Below, one piece after another: positions 1-11,500 of a DNA stretch of 64,000 nt; position 1 is the stretch's first letter, and each line of letters opens with the position of its first letter. This stretch comes from Eledone cirrhosa (lineage: Eukaryota), in NCBI GenBank assembly GCA_964016885.1, contig OZ024746.1, positions 76,818,001 through 76,882,000 on the forward strand. Direction: 5' to 3'. The notes beneath the pieces are model-generated. The model saw only the letters and a program-made list of their open reading frames with translations, was not told the DNA's origin and did no database searches. Both the position numbers and the translations under genes were made by a program.

Positions 1-149
1 TGTAGCACTTAGCAAAAAACTTTGGCCCTCTCAACAAGGGCCCAGCAACATTCTTCCATCTGCATTTCATCACATCAACATAAGTTTTGGTAAATACTTT
101 TTAATTATACATGGACAATTATACATGGATAATTTAATTATACAGGGAG

Positions 150-900
150 TTGGGTGAAGCTCTACAGCAATGGAGTGAGTTGGGCTTGTCTCTTTCTGAG
201 AAAGTGGAGGACAGTCGAAGTCAGAGAACTTGGGACAGCATAAGTTCGAAGGCCACCTTCGACTCCCTCTTAGTCAGATCAGTTTGCAAACGCCAAATAC
301 TCAGGCAACTGAGTTGATGCCCTACCCGTGGCCAACTCAACCTGGATGAACTCCGTGTCTCCATCGCCCTCAGAGTGGGAGCTGACGTCTGCATGGGTTT
401 AAGGTGCCGATGCGGCAAACTCCTAAACTCCACAGACCTCCACGGTCTTTCTTGCCGCCTGAATGCCGGCCGCTTCGCACGTCATACGGAGATAAACCTC
501 ATCCACAAGAGAGCTTTGGCCCGGGCGAACATCGTCGCAGTCTTGGAACCATCTGGGTTGTCCGAAAGTGACAGCAAAAGACCTGACGGCCTTACCCTGT
601 GCCCCTGGTCTAGAGGCAGGTGCTTTGTCTGGGACGTCACTTAGTGACTCTTTTGCTCTCTCCCACATCCTGGATGCTGCGGTTAGCACGGGAGCCACAG
701 CTTCTGCAGCCGAGCGGAGTAAGACCCTCAAATATTCTGATCTGTCGGCCAGCTACCTTTTTCAGCCTGTGGCTTTCGAGACGTTTGAGGGAGTCGGGCC
801 GCTGACTGCGAGGTTCCTCTCTTCACTGGCGGCTTGCTTAATAGAGGTAACTGGCGAATCTCGTGAGGGCGCCTGGCTGTTCCAGCAACGCTGCGAGTGT
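150..900 (+). mobile_element. Degenerate CRE-clade-like non-LTR retrotransposon 3' fragment (CCHC zinc knuckle + restriction-like endonuclease)
   Basis: Frameshifted ORFs 375-644 and 568-1044 read CRCG..HGLSC..RH..N..KRPDGLTLCPW..WDVT / KYSDL..FQPVAFETF.G.GP..AWLFQ, the C-terminal ZF/RLE signature of CRE-type elements. Confidence 0.75.
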
Positions 901-1419
901 GCTGGCTTGCTTCAAAAGTCATTAGAGAGGTCGCCCAGTACCCCTCGCTGCTGTCTTTTGCTCTGGTGTTGGCTCGGTTGTTCACCCCTTCCTTTACATT
1001 TTCTTTACTGTTTTAAACAAGGATTTGTTTGTTTGTTTTTTTAGTACTGTTTGGTATTCCTTCTTAAGTTTCCACACAGTTTTTTTTCCTCTCTTCTTTT
1101 ATTTAAACATTGTCTTTCTCCCTTCCCTTCCCCTAAACCTTTTCCTTACTTTCGTTATTTAATTTTTTTCCAAACAAACGGCTGTAAGGAGAAGATTTGA
1201 GAGAAAGAGCTTCGTAAAGGCTTAGAAATGAAACTGAAGAACAAGCGACAGCAAAGAAAGAATATGAGTAAAAGAGTTTCGTAAAGGATTACAAACGAAA
1301 CAGAAGAAAATAGTCCGCAGTCGGAATATGAGACAAAAGAGACGATTCAAAAACAGCAAAAAATACCAATGCAATGAGAGTTGGCCGTATAAATGATGCA
1401 GGATTTATAGCTAATTATG

Positions 1420-1603
1420 ATAATTGTTTCTACTTTTGGCACAAGGCCAGCAATTATTCCAGTGTATTACTGGTTTTTTTATTTTATTGACTGCGTCAGA
1501 ATGAAAGGCAAAGTTAATCTCGGTGGGATTTGAACTCAGACCATAAAGGGCCGTACCTCTATACTGCAAGGCACGGCGTCCGACCCTCCACCGATACTGC
1601 CAA
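1420..1603 (-). mobile_element. tRNA-derived SINE (family with TTTGCCTTTCAT...GATAAAATAAAGTACCAG core)
   Basis: Reverse complement matches the plus-strand copies at 2865 and 31841, including the B-box GAGTTCAAATCCC. Confidence 0.75.
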
Positions 1604-2864
1604 TTTAGAAAACAGATTTTGTTTATATTTAAACAAATACAACAATTAGCAGTCATTTGTTTACGGCACGGGCCAGCTAGTCGTTAATATTCTGCGAAAT
1701 TTCATTAATAAAGGAGATTTGGTTGAAATTATCGCAAAAAAGATAAACCAAGGATATATATAGAAGAAAAATGTCAAGCTCTAACTTTAGGAAAAACTTA
1801 AAAGAAAACAATATTTTAAGCTTAAATTTCAGAATATACTTACAAGAAATTTCCATCAACTTCTGGTTTCAAGCAAAGCTGACGTCAATTTTTCTATTTT
1901 GTATTTGAATGTATTTAATTAAGTTTCAAGATATTTTCTATAGCTTTGATTATATATTTTTGTGTATTATAATTGGATATACTGTGATTATTTAAGCCGT
2001 TAAAACTGCTATAAAAACAAAAACAAAAAATAAGATTTTGTTCGAAAATAAAATGTAACCTAATATTAAATTTCATGTAGACTTGAAATCAAGTCTATTT
2101 CCTGTTTCGTTATTATTTATTGGTAATGTATGGATATGATTATATTTGATCATCATTTTTACAAACCAATCTTTTCCCCAGTCAGATAGTATTTTCCATT
2201 TTGTATAAATCTAGAAGAAACTTTAGTCCATAATTGACAGTTATCCTTGCCTCTACAGTTTATTTACGTTACTCCTTTCATCCGTGACTTAAGCTACCGT
2301 GTATAAAACGACTAGAGTATGATACAACCCTGTTTCTGAAGCTACAAAAAAAAAAATCTGATGTATAACTGACCCTGTTGTACAGCAATGTCTATATAAA
2401 TTTTTTGATAAACTCACCTTACCTAGGTATTCGGTGACTACCTGTTACAGTGCTTGATTATTCCAACGTCTTACTTAGCCTTGCTATTACTCCGAATGTG
2501 TTGGCTTGAGTCATTTAACGAAAGTTCCTGTGTCCCATCTGATGTGTGACCGATTGACGTTACTTTGTGTAAGGCTATGCTATGCCTTTTGGTAAACTTG
2601 TACCATGTTATCCATTAAAATTTATATATGATACATATTTCCAAAGCCTGATGTTGCATTCAAATCACCCAAATATCCAACTGCAGCTCGGTTGTTTATG
2701 TTGTTGTTTTCTGAATATTCAATTGTTTTCAATGTAAATGATGCATCATTGGCAGTTTGTTTTTCATATTTGAATACATTGAAAAAATGTTAAGTATATT
2801 TAATTTCAAAGGTTTACACAGATATAGTTAAACAATTAAAACAAACATTATTTCGATACGAAAG

Positions 2865-3048
2865 GGCGGTGGATTGGCAGTATCGGTAGAGGGTCGGACG
2901 CCATGCTTTCCAGCATAGTTACGTCCCTTTACGATCTGAGTTCAAATCCCGCCGAGGTTACCTTTGCCTTTCATCCTTACGGGGTCGATAAAATAAAGTA
3001 CCAGTAATTCACTGAGTAATTGCTGGCCTTGTGCCTAAAGTAGAAACA
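2865..3048 (+). mobile_element. tRNA-derived SINE with 12-bp TSD
   Basis: A-box-like TGGCAGTATCGG and B-box GAGTTCAAATCCC; direct repeat ATTATTTCGATA at 2847-2858 and 3049-3060. Confidence 0.85.
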
Positions 3049-3219
3049 ATTATTTCGATATTGTCACCCACTGTAAAACATTCTATCTGATGTTCTTATG
3101 ATTCTACCAATTCATTGCCTATATAATAATCCTAACATGTCAAAATATAAATTATCTCAGTTGTATTTCCTATTTCAGATAAGAAGAATTTAAAACCTTG
3201 GCATTAAATTATAACAAAT

Positions 3220-5988
3220 ATGGCTTGTTATTCGAATTCTAAATCAGAAGGTATGTATGTAGAAGCTGTTGTGCTTTGTAATGGAAAACAAATGATAGTA
3301 GCAATTGTTAGCAACTCTCAAAGAAAACGGGAAATAATTTCAATTAATTAACATCAGAGGATCATGTTGCTCTTATATGTTCCAATTTTTAGTATAGTTT
3401 CTGCAGTTGGATGACCACTCATTTAAATAAATACTGAAAAGAGGACAAAACTCTGATTCCATCAAGGAACTGGTCATGTTTGATATGTAGAAAAGGAGTT
3501 GGCATAAATTCTATAAAATGTACACAATGCAGATCTTGGGTAGACAAGAGATGTAGTGGGATAGTGGGCAAACTAACAGGTAGGGAAAACTACATATGCA
3601 GTAGATGTACAGGGAAATTTGCTGTTAGAAGTCTCAGTGATAGACACATTTTTCAAATGCAGGTAGGATCTATAGAGGTGGTTGATAGCTTCCAATACCT
3701 AGGTGATCAGATTAGCAAGGGAGGAGGGTGCTCCAAGGTATCTAGAATAAAGACGGGTTGGAAAAAGTTTAGGGAGCTGCTTCCTCTGTTAACAAAGAAG
3801 GGTTTCTCCCTACGAACAAAAGGCCAGTTATATGATGCCTGTGTGAGATGCATGATAATAATAATAATAATAATAATGAAATTATTGTGTAAAGTGCTCA
3901 GGTGCACTACAACTCGTCAATATAGTACATAGAATAATACACAAATGCCAGGGAAGTACATGTTTGTATGTGTTAGCTGTAGTGTTGGCGGATCTCGGGA
4001 AGCATGGAGGCCTTAAAGGATGCAGCGTCTCGACAGCTAACAACTGATGCAGGTAGTTTGTTCCATGCTTCAGCAACTCTGAGCGTGAAAAAATGTTTCC
4101 GAAAGTCATGGGAACTGTGCTGTTTTCTTACTTTGTGGGCATGTCCACGTGTGTTAGACACATGGAAATCGAAAAGGCACTCAGGGTTGTTGTTGGCAAC
4201 ATGGTTAACAATTTTGTGGGTGTTTACCAAGTCAGTTGCCAGGCGTCGGAGCTTCAATGAATCCATGCCCAGGGAAGCAAGGCGATCAGAGTATGGTAGA
4301 TGCCTGATGGAGGGTATTCGCTTGGTTGCACGTCTCTGAACAGTTTCCAGGCGGTCAATGTCCTGAGCAAGATAGGGGTTCCAGACTGGTGATGCAAATT
4401 CTAAGTGTGGTCGCACCATAGCTGTATACAGCCTTAAATAGATATCTGGAGAGCGGCTGACAAAGGTCTTGCTGAGTGATGCTAAGACACCCTCGGCCCT
4501 CTTGACAATTTTAGAGACGTGCCTCGTCCAACGCAAATCGCTGCTGACCGTAATGCCCAGGTCACGTTCACAGGAAGACTTCTTGATATTAGTGCTGTGG
4601 AGGGAATATGTGGACGCTGGGTTTTTACTCCCAAAATGCATGGTGGTGCACTTGTCCACAGCTAGCTTGAGTTGCCAGTCTGAGATCCACTGTTGCATTG
4701 TGTCCAGGTCAGACTGCAAGCAAGATCTATAGTGTTCAGGATCTGTCCTTTTTATCTCAAGGTACAGCTTGATGTCGTCTGCGTACTTTAGTACTGTGGC
4801 ATTCCTTAAGTTGGCATCTATGTCATTAATATATGCCACAAACAAAAGGGGGCCAAGAACAGATCCCTGAGGTACACCAGATGACATCTCATATGGTGAG
4901 GAATGCTGTCCCAGAACCGTGACTACCTCTCTTCGACTGAGAATGAAGGACTTCAACCAGTTATGATTCTAGATTGAGTGGTGGTGGGTGTACAGTGATG
5001 GCAGAATGCAAGGCCCAAGTCTCACTGCCATGTAGCATTGCAATTCATACATAGGTATCATACAGTCTATCATTCATTTTGAGAGAGAAGCTCTTTATTG
5101 CCAGCAGGGGGTACAAGCTCCCTAAACTTCTATCTGCCCATTCTTATTATGGCTATCACACTTTCAGAGCAGCCTCTTCCACATCTGATTAGGTTCCCTA
5201 GATAACAAAAGCTGTCAATGGATTCTAGGGAGCCTTCCTGGAAGCCAAGGGAATTTGATTCATATGTGCTCTTAGTACTTACTTCTGTGCATCTGCTGCA
5301 TACATGGTTTAGTATTCAGGAGTAGTAATAATTTATGTTGGCCATGGACACAGTACAATAATAATGACAAAAGATGAATCTACAAGCCATTAGATCAACA
5401 CTCTATTGATTTAGCTAGCTCTGATTGCAATAAATGTTTATTAAACATGTAAAAAACAAAATATTCATACAGTGATATTAATTTTTGTTTCTTTAAATAT
5501 TTTTATTTTAAATTTCAGAAAAAACTAAAATAGATAAACTCTCAAATCTCACTGGAGTTCCTGAACATGATAAAAATGATAAATATGACTGCGTTTTAGT
5601 TTACTGTACTGAAGATGTAGCTGTAGCTGAAGCTATAAAAAAGGATGTGCTAACAATTGAACTAGATGGTGGAATACCTCCCAAAATTGAATTAGAGATG
5701 TTTGTATCAAGATCTTCAGGCAAACGATATATACATTTATCTCAACTTAAACAGAAGACTTTATTTATTTGTATTTTATTTTCAAAGACAAAATCATCAA
5801 ATACATATCATGAATTTCAGGAACTAATGCACAACAATGCTGACATAATACTGCCAATCCAATTGCACCCAGAACATGAAATTCCTGACGGTTTTCAAAC
5901 CTTTAATTATATTGATTGGAGTAATAAATATAAACTAGAAAAATTTAAAAATATTATAATTGAGAAAAGGAAGACAAGTTCGAATTGA
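3220..5988 (+). CDS. Stand-alone TIR-like domain protein (TICAM/TRAM-like), 166 aa, 2 coding exons: 3220-3250, 5519-5988
   Basis: Acceptor tttcag at 3178, in-frame TAA at 3205-3207 upstream of ATG 3220, donor G|gtatgt after 3250, acceptor aatttcag at 5518 in matching phase 1, then an open frame to TGA 5988. TIR-like motifs KYDCVLVYCTED (box 1), FICILFS, IILPI..EIP..F..FNYIDW. Confidence 0.75.
3420..3853 (+). mobile_element. RTE-like LINE fragment (zinc-finger-containing C-terminal region)
   Basis: ORF 3480-3932 reads ICRKGVG.NSI.C..C..WV.KRCSG..C..C..IEVVDSFQYLGD..RIKTGWKKFRELLPLL..KGQLYDACVR, typical of the post-RT region of RTE-type elements. Confidence 0.75.
3853..4962 (-). mobile_element. 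5'-truncated CR1/L2-like LINE with uninterrupted RT-terminal ORF and (ATT)n tail
   Basis: ORF 4956->3973 (327 aa) contains SGVPQGSVLGPLLF, YADD, ERDLG, RPHLE and VQRRATK; (ATA)n at 3855-3877 is the 3' tail. Confidence 0.9.
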
Positions 5989-6551
5989 AGTGTTAAAAAG
6001 AGGGTCAAATTCAGCAAATTTTAATTAAATTATGTTTACAATAAAAAAAAAAAAGAAAAAATTAAATAATGAAGGTAAAGGGAAGAAGAAGGATCAGCAG
6101 ACTCTACACTCTAGGCTATGTGATATATTTTTTTCTAGTTACTGTATATTCTGACATTTAAAATGTACTCAAATTCGATGTAAAAATCTACCTGCACTCT
6201 ATACACCAGATACTATGTATTTATGTATGGACCTGTAATTCCTATTGGATTCATAGGGACACTGTAGTGACATGCTTTTCTTGGACATTTAAATCCTGGC
6301 GAAACTCATCCCTCTCCACGTTTGAACACAACCAGTTTCTTCCAGAAAAGTAGAAAGTTTGATAGAGAGGATGTGAGAAAGAAACAAAGAAAGAATTGAC
6401 CCCAGTGCTGAACTGGTACATTTTTTATCGACCTCAAAAGAATGAAAGGCAAAATTGACCTTGGTAAGATTTGAACTGAGAGCACAGAAAGCCAGAATGG
6501 ACACCGCAAAGCACTATCTGACATTCTAACTACTCTGTCAATTTGCCATCT

Positions 6552-6769
6552 TTAACCCTATATCATTTAAACCGGCCATATCCGGCCAGAATTCTCTTAC
6601 CTATTTTTGCTCAAATCGGCTGTAACTGGCTGCTCATACTGATGTTGAGTTATTATTCTTAAAATAAATAATATTAAAATCTCATAGAATAGATATTATG
6701 TGAGGTAAAGCCTTTACCGTAAAAATATAATAGTATATATATAGAGTAATGTAAATGCTAAAGGGTTAA
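6552..6769. mobile_element. TTAA-flanked MITE family A (piggyBac-like non-autonomous element)
   Basis: TTAA-CCCT...TAAATGCTAAAGGG-TTAA; homologous to copies at 10343, 31630, 48704 and 53981. Confidence 0.8.
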
Positions 6770-8332
6770 TAACATTCTATACAGAAACCATGTATAAGTA
6801 GGGATGAATCTTAATTTTTTTCTTCAAAATATGATTTTCTTAGAATAATTTCCCATATGAGCAAGACAAGGTCATCTGACCGGACACTGCCCACAACAGG
6901 ACAACCTGTCTAACTCATGCTAGCATGGAAGAATGGATGTAAAAAATGATGATGAAAAAAAAAAAAATCATTGAATTTGCAGAATATAAATGTCACTAAT
7001 TGAATGAATATAGTGAATAGGTTGAAGATGTGCAATGGAAAACTTTCATACAAATATTAATTATTAAAAATAATTTAAAAAAAATTGAATATAATATAGT
7101 GTATGTATAATAAACTTTAATATATTTTCAATATATATATAGAATAGTTTGTTTGTTTGTCTGTTTCTCTCCTATGCACTTAAAAACCAGTGGACCAACC
7201 TCCCTAATGCTGGTGCTGCGATGAGATGGACCCAGTGTACTCTGTAAAGTAGTTGGTGTTAGGAAGGGCCTCCAGCCATAGAAACCATACCAGAAATGGT
7301 TGAGAGGACTCTTCAGTCATGACACACTGATGTCATGAAAAATGTACCACCAAGGAGGTTGGTGATAGGAAGAGTATCCAGCTGTAGAGACTATGCCAAA
7401 AAAGAGTTGAGAGAACTATTCAATTGTGTGAAGGGTACTCAGAACAAATAGTTGCAAAGCAAACTGCTTAACCACATAGTTATGCCAAACAGCCTAACCA
7501 CTAGGCCAGATGCTCAGTAGCTTTGTAAAGTTATTTTTAAGAGTGAGTTTGTAGTGTTTTTGTTTTTATGAATATATTCTGGAACTGCAAATCTATAGAA
7601 TGAATTTTAAAACTGCAGCACCTTTTTCAAATGTATTGCCAGAAACCAAGAAATCTCCATATTTTAATCTAATAACCAAAAGCTGCCTCAAAATGTTAAT
7701 ACAATAGTCAGTTACTAAATTTTACTCATTTTAGGTAATTAAATTTTAATACAGCTTTCAATTATTAAAATAAAATAAAATAAATGATATTTAGTTTATA
7801 ATATTTATAAATGTTGTCAGGTGAATGATGAAGTCTTATATTATTCCTTGTTTTATGGACAAAACAGATAAAATAAGAAAGACTGGAAATTAAAAGATGT
7901 TTTTAAAAAGCATTTTGGATAGAAATCATTAACATGATTATTTTATTAAATATTAAATTCCTTTAAATAAAGAGCAAAAATGGATTTTCAAAATGTTCAT
8001 ATAATTTTATTAAATACTGAATTCTTTTAGATAAAGAACAAAATTAGATTTTAAAATTAAATAATAGTAACAAAATGACAAACATTTAGAACCACCTTTC
8101 AAGAGTTAATCTGCTAATCAAACTGTTTTATTCAGAAGGCATAAAGAACATCTTTCTAAACACTGCAAGTTTCTAGAAACAGTTCAAAATATTAATATAA
8201 CCAGTATTTTAATGAGATAATGAGACAACTTTGGCCTGAGGTTTCATGGCCTTGTCTGTACTGGGAGCTTGTTGAGTTAAGCAGAAAAAAAAATAATGAT
8301 AACTTAAAGAAGATACGTAAGCAAAGTCAAAG

Positions 8333-8569
8333 TTAGGCAGATGCATCAAAGAATTTATCAATCATTTTGCCAACATCATCAACTGTGTATTTGATATATT
8401 TATCAGGATTTTTTGTGAAGTTCAACTGAGTATATTTATCTCGAAACATTTGGTACATTGGAAGGATATAATCTTTGTTCTCTTTCTTTAATGATTGCCT
8501 TAAATCATGATCTGGAATTGCATAACTTTTTTGAATACGATATATTTCTTCCAATTCTTTGTTGAAACC
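8333..8569 (-). CDS. EXOC7: EXOC7 terminal coding exon 22 (GFNKELEE...FFDASA*)
   Basis: Acceptor ctag; stop TAA at 8335-8333. Confidence 0.95.
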   Translation of the reverse strand, partial: GFNKELEEIYRIQKSYAIPDHDLRQSLKKENKDYILPMYQMFRDKYTQLNFTKNPDKYIKYTVDDVGKMIDKFFDASA

Positions 8570-11500
8570 CTAGAAAATTTAGAGTACATTATGAAAAAAG
8601 CAATACAGTGATGTTTAGAGTTACATTTTAAGCTTATATATACTTATATATAATAAAGATACTATACAGTTTGAATTAAAAAACCTGTTTTTCTTATATT
8701 TTCTGCTAAATCATTACAGTATGTTAAAAAAATGTGTAGTGATCTAACAGATTTTTTTTAGAGTCCAATCATAGACAGTTGCAATAACCTTGAAAATTTA
8801 TAGAATATGTGGTTTCACAGCACATAAAATTTGTCTGAAATGTTAATCATCATCATCCTTATACATCCTTTTTTTGCATGCTTGCATGGGTTGGATGGGT
8901 TTTTTTTCCAGCACAGCCTTCCCCTACTTATTGCATTCCTTATCTCTTCTGTAAAGTTCAGCATTTTGGGATCTGATTTTACCTCTTCTGCCCAGCTCTT
9001 CCTTGGCCTTCCACTACTGCAGCTTCCTTCCACTAGAAATTTCTGGCAATTCTTCACCTAACAATCATCATCCATACACATCACATATCCAAACCAGCAA
9101 AGTCTTCTCTCATACACACTATATTCAATTCCTCTCCTACCCAGTCTTTCAATCGGTCTATCCATGCTTTGCTGTTTATGCATATTAACATCATACATTG
9201 ATCTCCAGCCTTTGCATATTCTCTGAATTTACTGCTAATGTTTCATATCCATGCAGCATCTCACTTCTACACATACATTATACAGCTGGCTGTATAGATG
9301 ATGAAGGAATGTGATGAGTAGAGAGATGCTGTGCTGAAAAGGACCTGTCCAACCCATGCAAGTGTGGAGAAACTGACATAAAAACGGTGATGATGATGAT
9401 TGGTCTTGTTTTAGAGCAGGAGTTGGCAACAGATGGGTTACTGAGGTGGACTATAAAGCTTTCCAATTCTTTTATATGTAAGATATATATAAGATATACT
9501 GTGTAGGCTATGGAAAAAACAAAAAAGAATAATCAAAAGTGAGTCATTACAGAAAGAGGTTGTATTAGATGTTTCTGTGAATTGGTTATTACTTTTAACT
9601 GAATCTAAATGAAGTGAATGAATAAGCATGGAAATGTTTGTAAAAACAACATTAATAGCATTGATTTTTCACTTGCAAAATTGACACAGTAGTGGGATTT
9701 TTTAAATTCAATTTGTAACACGACAAATAATGGGAAATAAAAATTTATGCCAAACAAAGGTTTAGAGAATCTTCAGTTGGTGCCATAATATGTATCCAAT
9801 ACACTATATAAAGTGTAGGAATAGACATAAGCAAGATGCAGTCCCCAAACCCATCTGATTGAGTATTGACTTGATTTGTGACACCCTGTTCAACCTATGC
9901 TAACATCAAAAACAGACGTTAAACCATAATGATGAAGGCATTGTCACAAATATGCACTTCTCTGAATTTACAAATGAAGAAAAATCTGTTTCAGTAAAAG
10001 GACAGTAATAAAATGTAACCTGCTGTGTGTCTCTGCTTTAGAGCAGGTACACTGTATTCTTACATGATATATAAGGTGACTAGAAGACTTGGCTCCAGGA
10101 AGGGCATCCCACTGTAAAGCTTTGCCGCAAAAAGGACCCTATAGTGAGCATGAAGCCTGCTGTGGGGCCCACAAGGCTAATCCCTGTTGTAGCAGTGAAA
10201 ATGCTTCTTGTTGTTGTGTGTTATATATGAAGTCGACAGATTATAAACCAACTGGTTTGCTCAATATAAACTTTTATTATTTGCTTCAATGATTTTAAAA
10301 CGTTCATTTTGGTAAAAACAAAAAAAAAAACCTCAAAGCTGTTTAACCCTTTAGCATTCACATTACTCTATATTTACAATTGTATTTTCACAGTAAAGGC
10401 TTTATCTTAGATAATTATCTCACATAATATCAAATCTATGAAATTTTGATATTATAACAACACCTTAACATAAGCATGAGCAGCCGGTTTGAACAGAAAG
10501 AGGTGAAAGAGTTCTGGCCAGATACAGCTGGTTTAAATGCTTAAGGGTTAAATAATTGAATATCTTTTGAGAAGGGCATTCAACCAAACAAAAACTGAAC
10601 GGCAATCTTTTGAGGTCAATAAATAAAGTACCACTACTCTCTCTCTCCTTTGGAAGAAAATGGCTGTGTTCTGATCTGGAGGGAGATGGGCATTTTAAAC
10701 CTGGCAGAGCCTAAGACAAGCTGTGTGTCAGGCTGGCATCCCTATGATGTTATCAAGAGTTAAGAGCATCTTTTTGCTTTTCCTTTCCTAGCAACTCAGC
10801 AAAAACCTTCATTGACTAGCTCTGTATGGGCACAGGCTGTTGCCTTGCTGACCTGCTGAATGCTATATAGGACTAAGATGGATAGTGTGACTAAGTTGGA
10901 CAAATCCAAGCAAGCTCAAACAAATGACATGATGTGGTGTTGTTTTATAAACTAAATCTACCATTCACCAACTACAAAACTAATATTTTTCCAAAAGCAA
11001 ATATACTTACAGTAAACTTATCTTTAATATTCTGTCTTTCTTTATCTTTCAGCTGAAATTAATTATAAATTGATTAATTATCATCATCATTTAATTATAT
11101 AGTCAAAATTTAATGATGTAAACTGTCAAATATGTTTTAATAGTTTAAAATAATGTTTTCTAATTTAGGCACAAGGCCAGAAATTTAGGGGGAAGGAAAA
11201 GTCAATTAAATTGATCACAGTATTTGACTGGTACTTTTTCTATTGACCTCTTAAGTCTCAGCATCAAGTCTTGTGAATGAAATTGAGTAAACAGAAACTG
11301 TATGGATGCTTGTTGGATAGATTGTACCCACAATTTAAAGCTCTAACCATGACATATTGTGTCATGGCTGATTTAGCTTAAGAATTACATTAAGAGTAGA
11401 CATGTCTGTGGACTATATAGCAACTTACATGTTAATTTGTGAGTTGGACATTCAGTTAATCACACAATGGTATGTTCAACATTGAAACCAACAGAGAATC

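Noticed and set aside
1880-1887. CRE motif TGACGTCA as promoter of the TIR gene
   Set aside because: Single 8-mer in repeat-like context (also at 27504-27511); the transcription start is unknown.
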